Below, in pieces: positions 50,801 through 57,411 of a stretch of DNA of 64,000 nucleotides. A program made the translations under genes and the position numbers. The DNA is from Giardia intestinalis (taxonomy: Eukaryota). Position 1 is the first letter of the stretch, and each line of letters opens with the position of its first letter. The DNA lies in the NCBI GenBank assembly GCA_000002435.2, contig CM018793.1. One strand, 5' to 3'. Under the pieces are notes generated by a model that was not told where the DNA came from, did no database searches, and was given only the letters and a program-made list of their open reading frames with translations.

Positions 50801-52248
50801 AGATTTAGATCAATGTCCTTGTAAAACCCAGCACGGCGCTTAGGAAGGATCGTCAAAGAGACATGTGCATCTGCACCAGGTTTCAATCTAAGATGGGGCG
50901 GATTGACGCTAAAGTCTGAACAGGCCAAAAGCATTTCCTGCTTAGTGTCGCTGTTTCCCTGACCTTCGTGGTCAAAAACCCAACGGGACGGCTCAATCTT
51001 GAGCGTAAAGTCACATTCCAGTTGGGAGAGATTGCGCACTCGAAGATCCTTACTACTGGAGAAGCTGAAGGCCACAAGACCAAAGTCAATGATCCTGTCT
51101 TTATCGATCTCGTTAACCGCCAGAAACTCTTTGGTAAGCCAGGACATGTGCTCAACGTCGCTATGCTCATCACTATAATAAACCCCGCGCCGTCCATTGG
51201 CCTCATCAATAATGCGCCGCCGGAGCCGCTTATCGGCGATCAGGACACGAAGGTGTGTTTCGGTGAGACTGTCAGAGAAGACCTTCATCTCGACATTGGG
51301 AGCCACGGAAGTGGCTTTGATTTCAACGACAAGACACTTGCTCAGGCCAAGAATAGACCAGAGAGAAGGGATGATATATTCCTTTATAGAATGGGGGGTG
51401 AATGTAAGCTCTATATTGATATGAGATCTGGGTGGAATAACCCCACTAATACAGCTATATTGCAAAATGTAACTAGGATCATGCTCCTCCGTAGGCATCA
51501 AGTGAAACTCTACCTCTATCTCAGAGTGGTTTGTTAACGTGAGCTCACCCCGTGCAGAAGCACCGACCACGACTGCCCTGAAGCGAAGCTCGTCACAATC
51601 AAACTCAACTTCCGGACCAACCGCTAATGCACGCATCCGGAGAGGCTGACGTTCTTTGCTGCCCGTGCACTCAATCCAAGCGGTGGTGTCGTGCGGACCT
51701 GAAACTGATGGTTGAAAAGTAACTGTGAAAGTACACTTGCTGCTAGGATAGATTGTTCCAGAAAGAGGGAAGACAGAGAAGGGCAGTAGTAGCTCATGAA
51801 AATCGGGGTCTTCCCCGTTCTGAGGACAGGGGTAGGCTTTAACCTTAAAAGTTGTCACGACGTCGGACATATTCATTAGGTCTACATGGGATGTGGCTGT
51901 ATGGGTAACTAGAGTCTTAGGAAAATTATCGAGCACCGTCCGCTCCAACTTAAATTCAGCAGAGTATGAACTACAGATGAGAGCGACGGATTTGTATAGA
52001 GCCTTATTGAGAGAAACATGTAAAGTACCCCGGTTCACCCCAACATTGGTAGGGTGACAGGTAAGAGTGAGTTGCTTGGAAATCATTGGAGGAAGGCTGA
52101 CACTGGTGGGAGAAACAGAGAAGGGCCCGTCAGTGACAAAAGTAAGCCCCATGGGACCGTCACTGTCATTCATCAGAAAGAGAGGCCTTTCAGCAGTGAT
52201 TCCATATGGCGTAGCATCGAAGACCACCTCCGTAGGAAGATCGACCAT
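32872..52248 (-). CDS. giant (6458 aa) single-exon protein, hydin-like (flagellar central-pair protein), with embedded adenylate-kinase-like P-loop
   Basis: Uninterrupted 19,377-nt ORF, ATG 52248 with AT-rich leader. Long series of about 100-aa beta-rich repeats consistent with ASH/PapD-like Ig domains. Internal P-loop VYVIHGAPLAGKTTLANKIS (about 45040..45100), reminiscent of the Hydin ADK-like domain. Size class matches hydin. Not a dynein (no multiple AAA P-loops). Confidence 0.55.
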   Translation of the reverse strand: MVDLPTEVVFDATPYGITAERPLFLMNDSDGPMGLTFVTDGPFSVSPTSVSLPPMISKQLTLTCHPTNVGVNRGTLHVSLNKALYKSVALICSSYSAEFKLERTVLDNFPKTLVTHTATSHVDLMNMSDVVTTFKVKAYPCPQNGEDPDFHELLLPFSVFPLSGTIYPSSKCTFTVTFQPSVSGPHDTTAWIECTGSKERQPLRMRALAVGPEVEFDCDELRFRAVVVGASARGELTLTNHSEIEVEFHLMPTEEHDPSYILQYSCISGVIPPRSHINIELTFTPHSIKEYIIPSLWSILGLSKCLVVEIKATSVAPNVEMKVFSDSLTETHLRVLIADKRLRRRIIDEANGRRGVYYSDEHSDVEHMSWLTKEFLAVNEIDKDRIIDFGLVAFSFSSSKDLRVRNLSQLECDFTLKIEPSRWVFDHEGQGNSDTKQEMLLACSDFSVNPPHLRLKPGADAHVSLTILPKRRAGFYKDIDLNLYHASSQRPLQTIQIIGSIINPKFEIDPTVINIAEGFVGYRHTFNVKIKNVASVIGNWSFPVQDVLDNCLITCSKASGVLLPGAEESLECGIIPRSQGHLVIPVAFTSDAFEKQTLSCMVQYSARGPRVEAGGPLEFTRPNNKESYVRVLDVVHLPLTLKNVGLTSARCRVIPEKHGSFFSIEKEFSDKLVAPGEETSIPITFYTTEAGTYRENLLVYVTLANASCSLSEDTIKATSSVIKVPMYASAKGTNLLCPHQDLNKEPNVDCGTWFVTEELQYSIVIQNHGAFAQNCTWVYIGNPGVKKGQGNTHYLKFEQDRVQLQPGAFHTFKLRGRVPSVITNGREIYQLKSNVPGKETKVAFQVTFCYSFINAEVTASEMVLPLNEGLQTASLYHERCEPLSLGKYSFLERHLVLVCKGQSPGSAPLVQVTRRPVESSLTITDVSESIAGSVVDRPSTRVSNKKQRPSLLNFIYEEFPVIASPDYFIERADVTSQFLGADNIPFNNDPPVPLAKFVSPDGYYYVHHELTKFIKLVNTSSLPGKMQILVQAPFRVRAIAKDDEHVCHYIHDTLALEAGLADRVDDPGYCGDFISATLDNSPSPCAIEQCLDGAPVACPPNNGDEEPTISDASNHAVDELDEDASALVPANVSSPFRQALGLQKGTSEDSEIPIQPTDPCSITFGGPVHFPAFAQTVSIDLKGNSEEFCIVEISVDTDYVRSDSTPKFVDSTLIIRLLPPGQLPISVPTVAVPLKLSAFFPSLEFRSCSLATLKEHNLDMYSAYSALSNQASKHDLPLDNSSTDPEKGIIDFGMANVGTTITQIILCKNISRFPVRFQWLLQMAQGSDKFKYDITPLGVDGNSGLLPGHLAKFNVSFVGQTNEICTDQCRMICSIDGGESYSYGLRAGTSNLEADVRPSYINYGDITFSSEQTSTISITNKSPMKTTVVISIPYECRPFINKLSNAPLQVLTSPAAVSDFSYELNGHSVLEIPLSVRPLIPGPLYIPLSIKIGYLERLILPITAKAYIERPLLVSGGSLLAETHTQVSNTLPPMEYLFPWDNNASASPLSELLPYNAFLIAASLYIRHVEVDAVGLRCLAEDSASSEANAASTSIQLRSPCSTQLISTLHKKIGPDGSLEIYGVRYEPKGTETITSEGFLASLHKDYVLNSVASDLCINFLEFYRYYGTFPIIGAEDIIEAASRSAHNAVRPSEKKMSIARTRLLSPSVAHRLSATNQAKKETPGTTLFLDGTSMVSQASSVTRAPTSNKQPIHLNDGQYHHLREKLSTNYLCNKFVLFNVAVSLPPVIRGTKTSQTITIYNKGSTPMHLSFDKRFMLPAGVSVEPEKVSRLPSGESITLTIMYTANHKAVLGNYVFVIPIEFKQSIIGFLTCNVSVTLPTIRPVNLSACSSNFVALPIKESDAYVLNFGEVLYGQAKMFNLRLENPTAVQAAYTFEFLSGVVGLLKEGKEKGLSVEAPLLGTDPNIFTLITAEDTALQNYGSLAPKTSDLLLDIVFKPFDYFPDSTDRTYFRGSLVFHVKMGGINGNSSKVTVHFVGLGTHPAVRLSKQIVEFLPIYPKELPGSFEVVELRNDSDETYELYVKEFDKFNHIEQLLYSSLARNCGKMLVFDRKTTIQPALRSSDGTQGDPSNNSIYRFAGSYTPAAYGANSPSVLSLLGKPDVLSLLAANEQPTSDAVEPMLTQTEARARKPTKILSTLDNKQARPPTYSHLLSEVPAPGDGLGPITKKLLLELGLTRLVAWFEQCYLPPEATETYEPDVSVGKTISKSRGASGRSDKPDPAHRTSSVISTDTQGASRNVASAAKSEAADKSVELPVSRVDACELPAEDETIQYLDAPVSQEDFAYDLCPIELLTQKYARIAPSVIKGRSYRIASNDTCLSNLPFLVYVIHGAPLAGKTTLANKISSFYNRPREAVDALSKGVQMPILSLENLLENSKAYKDILVRVSQWEDASKKPPESGGKNVPKKKTEEAAPATDPMKEPDYLDALADSLYTSIVETFGARTTSLEGITADEGGTSYTHSLTGLIFDSLTCSAVRDVGDAIIVIAKASVKHFMKPIFYSAQNVSSRLLFHTIILDCSPVDSRRRAMEILVNDYKSVEMGVPVQDETEPAETRKAETKISMVRLALSGAKKQYDKELALHSKEPKEASLSPRQKIPALSDSDLGPAATTVTDAVANGDEQGPGASAATYVTPFYDTVFVVDDPHGAAHQMYLKSVPLINSALHAIKELVTLAHKTSIDAYRSSSGSMDSFSPEEASYKKALDTLKQAQEALSQAKKADQKRLQQAVDEATKVVAELEKALPPHPVTKINEENMFLVTYMDTTASNRIDPTSTLEEILHRVRKAYTCYTSILQKKLTNLATYSSAQSISGQGTFTSFLHVQTSDDLYVIETIQRILDVIFDAADYKQESFSGIASDESDIPDPERTMAVTDAGADVESVAPAVESLEVTDRKKSRTSKTPIQVLNKMLQKYARSPAFATLKHVTGAIMNKEFMSPKVMLECLYDAAVFQYEHEQTFKRIARVLPANSSTIYSFQDAQKQVQTICAEIKDLQASLSSKGANAKQLSQSLAEKQAAKDNAETNIRTLFSGVDFPSEMGSTRWILKPHSSLRVGFRFVSNSILTTKLRVHFGVRGCSTVFPLVFVCKCDFPHIIEQLNVIFTARTATKNGKSLTPLPDGMSTAMLTTSGTQPGPDESSAAAEVSQTPNFNDSDQKGEPVAIVQRPAEVSVKPRPGEPVALFGFGYLRSGLQRPEFFSMSSAFSNPYAASEAPLDVMPGTKQRPSTKVRSRPSSSVSALPKDEGQNQGNKPEASPSCLLTKLDTLTHQRACKFIADTICKFTPQHMEVLSIINDSYFPVTVAFIFDSMLHGLAELTHANSSRGTEINFSSDEVVSVVKEGLQKVFSSTDPTLSLQDLLFDGSLQTSKSGTKQQGKPGTKGAPVADVEPVFVVYPYRLTLQPGERSAIYITCFPPEDKSYKETLFIGVNGNPSYLAIGFSCAGQTPRIEYSLPECAEDLLPCSNISKDVDDLAANSTRYLANGYKLDAKDIVSGSKNASKAPTKGKDPAHENLYQLNNLLVPRVPTSTTESLEIPIENTSQLPLMVEYCPMHTELSMLTAVTQVVNYPEYLVKSSVKTTKYPRSTRIADQQYSWRVNNSLLINNARFYLGPGERKVLNVEYSSPTEARIVMPGKLLVRQHVGGLKNVPENDVLVDKSRANGPRLPTLDALGRAFLDPVVEHALNIICESHKVDVFTTIVGISESPDRIPSAVQSGESAFDTTKPNNNLNLGIVRALVYFKAELMLVNNGPYQVGYKIVVSKSFKDVIFLIEDSDSREKAERGKKQESSAPAQTRPIDPDMYKLVTIQSGTLGVDESNRPSSRPNPPQKQGKGASESSTSKVRISLIFRAPEARIYEKVPILQVTFFEPLTNLMLARNNVNLTAEAVFSQAKIQPERNIVFGEHPHGKVVSKTISIRNEGHFPFLLYIEPLEQVIKRWLLFGEASPFSDHAKKATNSELDASALRQFGVHLETVHELYRLCVENGLIRPSTEQKAQSKSVEKRSSAATTINLASIAALRSGPFIIQPSLLHLAPQESREVTVTFTSQANGNWRDYFIIDYTNKPPDYFGGSALTETFLASLLASLNDSAKTAPSILQTYISKNEDVQQRLAKLQYYVTNLPLLRYSLSAISIIPGIVTSNYSNIFEEQALSNQLPANPSMLVGGPTFSPISKIFCLGPCVIGSELSERIKVTNPYSVPCTVAIFLNFDQTRMTPQALDGVISERCGETSTQIVNFVSANLKKNAKRESATPSSQERSSQQAAKPPKPSGDKKDTTLVTNDNEAWSLENDFFRLLPNESTYVTLKYFPSAQVVSRCQVICVVVDHHFAVVDLIKNNLPGIFGLAQLQSGGSKQPTGKGMPPQDHVILQQLEDGLQEQDVARRRFSFIAEATGVLPEVSFSPQFVNLGKITVGASEMDLPTHPISILNTGRVSASYAIVISSQDMRHADCFVILQSQGRGSSDPVIEDGEEIHVKEPIPQGRLFTGLVVLPASTKNYFTIAPNTAALAKFPNGEVITATLTLKVMTSFVDYNVAEIPLQCIAISSKLNAIEGRFISTAIQIMYKETTALLFGTFGNPKAEQLTETILSHLSDSKAYEQLRQNQISTYGDVHFNQAISNRANVYLKDLPLNLAGSEEEKFGETSLPSTEPSNARPKSRPSQSSSMSVSSPPPIPQYMTTLTSAIYNTEVILQNTSTNHIRFEFNIDLCRKLGVIVHPSIGHIHAGAKKTIILRLTCPGNADEFASLFSVPGGKAAPLKTKKMPSKYGQTVLFGTPLICRYYPIMFQPGRRVNDWDNAQTTISYVTNANGVAVRTETVCPEPEYQVYLDEDEVRSLLEEMVSSRDLTDGLPRTGKGPSQASTKAAHPADRQALLQKVLSDIHAPDNRIALASSFLELNLFGFAGDFSVKCFSSSSTGDLEPLTLKADSVNGYSLLEFPMVSTPILQKSAAAFYLLNDSQTSPVVIFNSMATSQPESPYLVEPVLDGKTEIAMVPARPDLLASLVREYYPTLPEIPSISGLMAKVGIGAKTQIDKNALNALQTALTSSNPNINRYLIRYNISYEPRFPGAHHEVFASTAGNISLSLSAMAILPVCHLECNSNNVYLQTMRPGSMKTPQSFANLICSNPKSVKVLEILGQGVGITITNHITVLNCINQPYDVTLQRLPESNSSIVSTFGAGGRVSPGETSIIRFDYTPTRESTRAGVEEGFFILRIPQHDVTLPLLVVGRPTEPEVILSTNKLSFNPILVGDCATKEVSLTNTEKYPMNYKIRLAQPAKNMVDDDSANASFQCTITPTAGILQPLSTTSILFTVKPTCEGRINQLIKIVMPRRSVPLSLNVKYESFNAKHLLELLPDTPVGLPHQLGSHSELNFETVFVSDYRSRTLRLSNIGSHTIGYTCILSLKRHNSTARRDEVEFKRAKSCLEYEVETSDGDKETNATSKQTIKPGDHVFITLKFQPTLELRLTKDFGLTFTVSVEGCGSQELQLLGTGLKPGLHTEITRLDYGAMLNSLRHDKYAPRVISFVNRDTQPLTMEYFLGTNDFFIDTPPLSEPLRVGRTHDVAIKFIPGYAGKFKDMLTVMVNGLYKLRYPLTGQGIDCSFALHDVLSGSLINSYSNLSTSHALTVINLGSTSLSSPPIIKAVNIKNTTSATMHARVAVNDVSSDEVPKGLFLAIVPTEQYHDYFNKCMDMLDNWSNRNTKQIYLTGLPKESEMLPNQLCTIMIMHSPVSRTPQFQISASISIEDSIIFDSIISIKGAVLGSSAKLINQNIEMPPCIINSFVSRNFFIENTGDTELRYTISVPPKGLVKKSLLELFEKGVVTISPVSGLIPVGTNATITVKFSPQQVCRHFIPSIPVECTLEGKMIVVGEATLRCVCLDKASMEAAPNAQEVHMSCNARESTFTILHVDNNTDSVFVVRSILDGPDARQFQVPERLSIPPGGMDFKVMYSPLATADLHRADLYIAGADGGASIWALHGTVGQPMDEAVITNMQEADYNDLIGKSGASVAIVGKDKGKQTSVAGVPQGLPQSFIDTLTKAQRTICTGVEATCYRYTTFSFPLRNWEKRMQRFTVDVQFLDSSLSTFCQLNYPEIVDAPAIGAVRNIELGFMPFISGKLFAGTLSFVAHETNEKLIYRFVFESGGAPVVGRAALETTVRDPVEKLITIPNPLLSNKTISSLTLTATNDRDDLTITPETVTFNNKTSTYSFKVKFNPYVPFDSGAINTKVSFGVSTILSGVEKSELCRVDYTLELMCYIPRPSSPMKVQADVGTTLPFTITLVNNLRPKPTEKIVYALGLTEMHDIAGINELISKKTASGAVSTKTRETVLGIVDGKAIQNNLACFGLTSAEVAASYGQPFTISLKFSPQSFGEYSASLVVYNKQGGFWVVPLIGKCTRPPASGTITVTK

Positions 52249-52352
52249 GCTTTGGTTTTGCTCTGAATTTCAAAAAAGCTTAAAAATCCAGGGTTGTATA
52301 ATTTTACTCTCTCATAATGCTTTAACGAAAAGATAGCCAAAAGGATTGGTTC

Positions 52353-52970
52353 ATGCAGACGCGCTGCTTCAGGCCCACGCAGAACAAAATTATTGTCCTC
52401 AACGGGCCGTCAGGAAGCGGAAAATCAACCCTCTTTAGGGCCATCACGACAATGGATCGATACAAGGACTATTTTGGATTCTCCGTTTCACATACTACTA
52501 GGGCGCCCAGGCCAGGAGAGCGCGATGGCATCGACTATTATTTTGTCTCTCATGAGCAATTTCAGAGCCTGAGGGAACAGGGTGGCTTCTTGGAGACCGT
52601 CGAGAATTTTGGAAATTTCTATGGAACGTCGTTTGCTGCCATCAACGATGTTCTGAAGAGACAGCATTGCATCCTCGACATTGACTACCGGGGTGCAATG
52701 ACACTAAACGCCGTTCTTGAGCAGGAAAGGAACGTGAAAGCTCTCTTTGTTTTCATCAGCCCACCATCTGTTGAGCTCCTGGAGCAGAGGCTTCGCGGCC
52801 GCCAGACTGAGAGTGAAGAGCAGATCAAAAAGCGTCTTGATACCGCCCTGCGCGAGCTAGACTTCTTTAATGCTAACAGAAGCTTTTATGACGTCCACAT
52901 AATCAATGACAATCTCGAGGAAGCCATCCAGACCCTCGACCTCTCGGTGCGGAGATTCCTCTCGGGGTGA
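52353..52970 (+). CDS. guanylate kinase (GMP kinase), 205 aa
   Basis: P-loop [13 protein letters not shown]; GMP-binding signature [25 protein letters not shown]; length typical. ATG 52353. Confidence 0.85.
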   Translation: MQTRCFRPTQNKIIVLNGPSGSGKSTLFRAITTMDRYKDYFGFSVSHTTRAPRPGERDGIDYYFVSHEQFQSLREQGGFLETVENFGNFYGTSFAAINDVLKRQHCILDIDYRGAMTLNAVLEQERNVKALFVFISPPSVELLEQRLRGRQTESEEQIKKRLDTALRELDFFNANRSFYDVHIINDNLEEAIQTLDLSVRRFLSG

Positions 52971-52976
52971 GTAAAC
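52970..52976 (+). promoter_or_regulatory. AGTAAAC polyadenylation signal immediately after TGA stop of guanylate kinase
   Basis: Read: ctcggggTGAGTAAACacaa. Confidence 0.7.
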
Positions 52977-53019
52977 ACAATCTGTTAGTTCACTTTAGAC
53001 GACATAAGCTTAAGTGGAT

Positions 53020-53499
53020 CTAGTACTTCTTGACGGTTTCAGAGCTCCCTGACTTTTCCTTGTTGCGGTTATTCTTAAAAATTCTTCTTCTTTTCTTAAA
53101 CGTCGTCGACAATCCCGAACCGACCTTCAGCTCTTTTTCATCCTGGACAAGCTTCACGAAGCACTTGATGACGTGATCATTCACCTTGGCGTTCTTGTAC
53201 TTATTGGCACAGTTCTGCGCATCCTCCCTCGACTTGAAGCGGAGGGCCCATTCGGTTTCCTGGATCTTTGTTACCCTAGTAATGGACTTCTTGTACAGAG
53301 AGAATACCTCATCCTGCACCTCCCTCCAGGTGAGGCCGTCTGGAAGGTTCTTGACAAAAACGTACCACACACCTTCCTTGGTTGCTTGGTTCGCCAGCTT
53401 AACGCTTGCACGTGGACCCTGGCCGGCTTGCTGCAGGATAAGGGACTGCAGGAAGTCTACGCGCTCTTCCAGCTGCTTTATGCGGTAGTTCTGTGTCAT
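53020..53499 (-). CDS. small basic protein with RRM-like alpha/beta core (atypical RNP motifs), 159 aa
   Basis: ATG 53499. VWYVFVKNLPDGLTWREVQDEVF...ALRFKSREDAQNCANKY resembles RNP2/RNP1 spacing of an RRM. Lys/Arg-rich tail. AGTGAAC about 25 nt downstream of stop on minus strand (52988..52994). Confidence 0.4.
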   Translation of the reverse strand: MTQNYRIKQLEERVDFLQSLILQQAGQGPRASVKLANQATKEGVWYVFVKNLPDGLTWREVQDEVFSLYKKSITRVTKIQETEWALRFKSREDAQNCANKYKNAKVNDHVIKCFVKLVQDEKELKVGSGLSTTFKKRRRIFKNNRNKEKSGSSETVKKY

Positions 53500-53560
53500 C
53501 TACCTTTATTTAATAGCCAAGGCTTTTTTTAATTTTTTGGAAACAGTCGGCAACGTTGCC

Positions 53561-56500
53561 ATGCCGCCAAGCGTTTCAACCGCGCAGAATCTTCGGTATC
53601 GCATCTTGGTAGAACATGCATGTCTAGATGCACAACTCCAAGAGTTACGGGAGGTGCTCGGTTGGTCAGAAGGTCAAGCATGTCAATCTGCATACAGTCT
53701 TTCTATGGAGCATGTTATCAGTAACCTGCATTTTTCCAAGGATGTTCTCTTTCCTTTCAAGCTACAGGATGTAACTCTCCAGAATATCACCCCCTCGTGG
53801 CTCTTGGAATACACATCTACAAACGGCATCAACCAGCCGATACAGCTCACGGAGCAGAGCATCCTCGAAGCTCTTGGTTTATCCTCTGTGTTAAGTGTCA
53901 CAAGCTCAAAGTTTGGAGAAGCCAGGATGCCTCTTCATTTGCCGGTGAAAAGACTTCTCAAGGATCCATCAGCGACGTCAATCAAGACATATCCACCACC
54001 ATATCACACGATCAACCATTCAGAGGCACTCCTCACCGCTAGCTCGCCGTCACTAGAATATACAAAGGCCTCTCTTCCAAAGATGCGCCGTGCACACGGG
54101 TTTTCTTCTGTACCGTCTCCGCAACGTTTAGAAGCAGACTCATATTGGGTCCAGAACTTGAAAGATAACATATCAGCCATCATGGAGACTAACTCGTACA
54201 CCAGTCCCGATAATTCAGAGCAGCCCACCCCCATCTTTGACTCACCTCACCAAGCACCTTCAACAGACTCGTCAGATGCCGGCCCTGGCCAGCTAACAGA
54301 GGTCCTCAAGCACAGCTCTCTGGGAATTCATAGGGATATAGGGCACGATTTAAAACCAAATTACTACCATCCAGTAAGCTTTTCTGCAGCACTAAGGAAA
54401 ACGGCTCTGAGCTCATCCGGCAACACCTCTCAGAATACGCAAAGGCGCAGATCTCCTATAGCTACTTCGTCAATATTCAAGACTCTTCTTTCGAAGATAG
54501 AGGCCATTCCAGCGCTTCCTTCACCTGAGATAACTGCAGTGACGCACTACTTGAATGCGGATCGGGTCATCGTTCGCAGCACCAAGAATGCGGTCGTAAA
54601 TGGAGTGATTGATACCAAAACTGATCTAGACCAAGATCTAGACCAGATACAAAGGACATTACAGCTTGGTCCACCGAAAGGAAAGGATTCCATGGAGTGC
54701 GAGCTCTTTTCCTTGCAACCAATGGAGCCATATGACCCTGCACCTTTTGTACTCCCGGAACAAGCCCTTCATGCAGCTACCCTTAGGCGTCACGGAACTT
54801 CTGAGCCTATCTGCGTGAGTTCACTGGCAGTGGAAAAGGTGGCCGAGCTTCAAGCAATCAACAATGTGCCATTTGTTGTTGGATCTCTTAAGGCTACCTT
54901 CTTCATGGGTGAAAAGCTGGCTCGGACCTTTCCTGTGCTACCCGCCTTTAATAGACCGGGAAGCTCGTCCTTTGCCGCAGATGCAGCTGTGTTTCCTGCC
55001 ATACATATGCTTGTTAACACTATGGAGTACAAGCGACCACTCTCGAAAGCAAAGCTCAGTCAGTTTACACGAGCAGCAGTTAAACGGGTATTCCAGATCT
55101 TCACCTCTGTCCCTTCACAGCTTTTAACAAACCAAGACCCCGAAAAGTTCATTCTATCATTTACCTCTTTTGAAGACAAATGCGAGCTATCTGGGAAGAG
55201 TATTCTAACAGAACTTTATAGTGGTATTAGAACCATTCCTGCGTCCCCTATCGATGCACAGCGTACTAGCGCCGTATCTTCTTTACTCAAGCCGCCGGGG
55301 ATACAGGCCACACCAGAAGGCATGCCCGCAGCCAAGGCTACCACCAGTCCTGCCATTCAGGTGCTTCACCTACATGCCGCGGCTGCTGAATATTCGCTAA
55401 ATACAGCAATACCCCAACTAGCTGGGTTTCTCTCTACTGCATCTGTCGATCAAACGGCTGACTCTCTTCGCACCCATCCAACGATTTGCCACTTCCTTGT
55501 GGCTCTACTTGCCCATCAGAAAAATGACAGCTACATATCATCCCCATACTCCCACGCTTCTAACGATCCTCTCTTTTATATGGATGAGACTGGAGTGACC
55601 AGAACTCTTGACGAATCCATTGGTGAGTGCTCCAAGATCCAAGGAAGAAAGTCAGCATTACTGCCGCACATTCTTGTGGCCATACGCGATACGTACACTC
55701 TTGTACCAAACCTGCTTATCCCAGAAGGCGTGCCGGTGACAGAGGCGGTTCTGACCGCTCTCAACTACATGACCTCTCCCTCTGCCGCACTGATTGATGA
55801 GCTGATCCCACAGTGCATCCAAGCCAACCAAGGCAAGCAACTAAAGTTCACAGCCACTGAAAGCCTTTTTGACTCTGCAGGAGGGACACCCTTTCATGAG
55901 ACAGGACCTCAGTTTCATGGATGCTTTGATGCGCTTGAGCCAAGCGCCGTACAGAGCAGCGTGATTGATACGTCCAAGAAGAGCCACAGGTTGCCAGCAT
56001 CTCTTTCTAGCGTTGAGCCGCCACTAAAACAGTCAAAAACACCTTCTAATCCTAGAAATGAGTTATTGTCATCATTTGTCCGTGCAAACACACTTCTCCA
56101 AGCCGCAATCAGTATTTGCTCTTCAGCTACAGGTGGACCTTCTCCAGCTCAATTAGCACACGCTGTTTTGACTAACTCTTGCTCTAAAAACATAGTTTCT
56201 ACAGCCAGTCTATTTAAGCAATACAGAGATTCTGTTGATAACACGTTACTTGATGATCCTCTCACCGATTCTTTGCTCACAATGGCCCAAAACAGAACAA
56301 CGATCAATCTAATTCAACGAGACTACTTTGAAAGCTTCGCACAATATACAATAACTCCTATAAAGTTACAAGGTATTAAGTACGCTGCAAGTGACTATTT
56401 TTCATTTATTAGCGACTCTTCACAGCATCTACGCAAAGCGGACGCATCTCTGAATTCAGCCTTATCTGCCGCTGATAGTAAGGGAAAGATGGCCGGAGAG

Positions 56501-57394
56501 AAGTCCTTTGGAGATGTGAAGCTGCTACTTCCAATGACGGAGCCATCAAAGGCGGCAATTTTGGCCATCACGTCTCCTATGCTGGGCGAGTATCGTTTGT
56601 TAGCCAACACGGGTGCTTCAGGTCCTACTTTTCCTGCTAACGCAACATATTATGGGATTGACATTGCAGTAGTTAACGCTATTGGATACGCCGTCTCTTA
56701 CTTGTTACTTCTCAGTTCCCACGAGTATAAGCTTCTTCCCAAGACTTCTCCAGATGAGCTGATGACTCCCCAAGCGTCACACCTTTACGTACAAACACGT
56801 ATCAATGCCGTTTCTCGCGTTAGACAGGATAAGAATACCACCCTTTCATTCATCAAGGAGGCCTCATTTCAGTATACAAACGGAGAAACACTGGCGTATA
56901 GAGCACAGGAGAAAATGCGATTCTACCTGCTGCCTAATTACCCCTTTGTATATGTCATTCGGGGACACAGGGTCCCGGTCGTTCCCATCCAGAGGTCGCC
57001 TACGCAACGGTTACCAGATATACCTGCAAATCCATCCATTCTACCGAGAACCGTTTCGAAGGCCTTTGTTGTGCGTGACGCACTGGCAAGGCTAGCGGGT
57101 CGATTTGGGACAATTAATGATGTTTCGGACACTTGTTGTGATAGTGGCTTCTACTTTCATCAGGATGACCCAAAGCTCACGTCGGCAATATCAACAATTC
57201 TTGATAGGCTCCACCAGGTCTTTTATGACAAGGAAGCAGAGCGTAAGGTCTGCACTTACATTTCGGCCATGAAACTGTGGATCTACGTTCATGGGAAAGT
57301 GGAGCTGTTCTACGATCCGGCCCTCCGGAAGGACAATCGATACTCCGATTCATATCCTCATGGTCTAGACAATATCTATCAACGGGGAAAATGA
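53561..57394 (+). CDS. large hypothetical protein (1278 aa), Ser/Thr/Pro-rich, no recognisable domain
   Basis: Track start 53537 is TTG; first ATG 53561 (MPPSVSTAQN...). Long open frame with protein-like composition. No motif recognised. Confidence 0.55.
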   Translation: MPPSVSTAQNLRYRILVEHACLDAQLQELREVLGWSEGQACQSAYSLSMEHVISNLHFSKDVLFPFKLQDVTLQNITPSWLLEYTSTNGINQPIQLTEQSILEALGLSSVLSVTSSKFGEARMPLHLPVKRLLKDPSATSIKTYPPPYHTINHSEALLTASSPSLEYTKASLPKMRRAHGFSSVPSPQRLEADSYWVQNLKDNISAIMETNSYTSPDNSEQPTPIFDSPHQAPSTDSSDAGPGQLTEVLKHSSLGIHRDIGHDLKPNYYHPVSFSAALRKTALSSSGNTSQNTQRRRSPIATSSIFKTLLSKIEAIPALPSPEITAVTHYLNADRVIVRSTKNAVVNGVIDTKTDLDQDLDQIQRTLQLGPPKGKDSMECELFSLQPMEPYDPAPFVLPEQALHAATLRRHGTSEPICVSSLAVEKVAELQAINNVPFVVGSLKATFFMGEKLARTFPVLPAFNRPGSSSFAADAAVFPAIHMLVNTMEYKRPLSKAKLSQFTRAAVKRVFQIFTSVPSQLLTNQDPEKFILSFTSFEDKCELSGKSILTELYSGIRTIPASPIDAQRTSAVSSLLKPPGIQATPEGMPAAKATTSPAIQVLHLHAAAAEYSLNTAIPQLAGFLSTASVDQTADSLRTHPTICHFLVALLAHQKNDSYISSPYSHASNDPLFYMDETGVTRTLDESIGECSKIQGRKSALLPHILVAIRDTYTLVPNLLIPEGVPVTEAVLTALNYMTSPSAALIDELIPQCIQANQGKQLKFTATESLFDSAGGTPFHETGPQFHGCFDALEPSAVQSSVIDTSKKSHRLPASLSSVEPPLKQSKTPSNPRNELLSSFVRANTLLQAAISICSSATGGPSPAQLAHAVLTNSCSKNIVSTASLFKQYRDSVDNTLLDDPLTDSLLTMAQNRTTINLIQRDYFESFAQYTITPIKLQGIKYAASDYFSFISDSSQHLRKADASLNSALSAADSKGKMAGEKSFGDVKLLLPMTEPSKAAILAITSPMLGEYRLLANTGASGPTFPANATYYGIDIAVVNAIGYAVSYLLLLSSHEYKLLPKTSPDELMTPQASHLYVQTRINAVSRVRQDKNTTLSFIKEASFQYTNGETLAYRAQEKMRFYLLPNYPFVYVIRGHRVPVVPIQRSPTQRLPDIPANPSILPRTVSKAFVVRDALARLAGRFGTINDVSDTCCDSGFYFHQDDPKLTSAISTILDRLHQVFYDKEAERKVCTYISAMKLWIYVHGKVELFYDPALRKDNRYSDSYPHGLDNIYQRGK

Positions 57395-57411
57395 GTGACC
57401 AATTTATTCCG

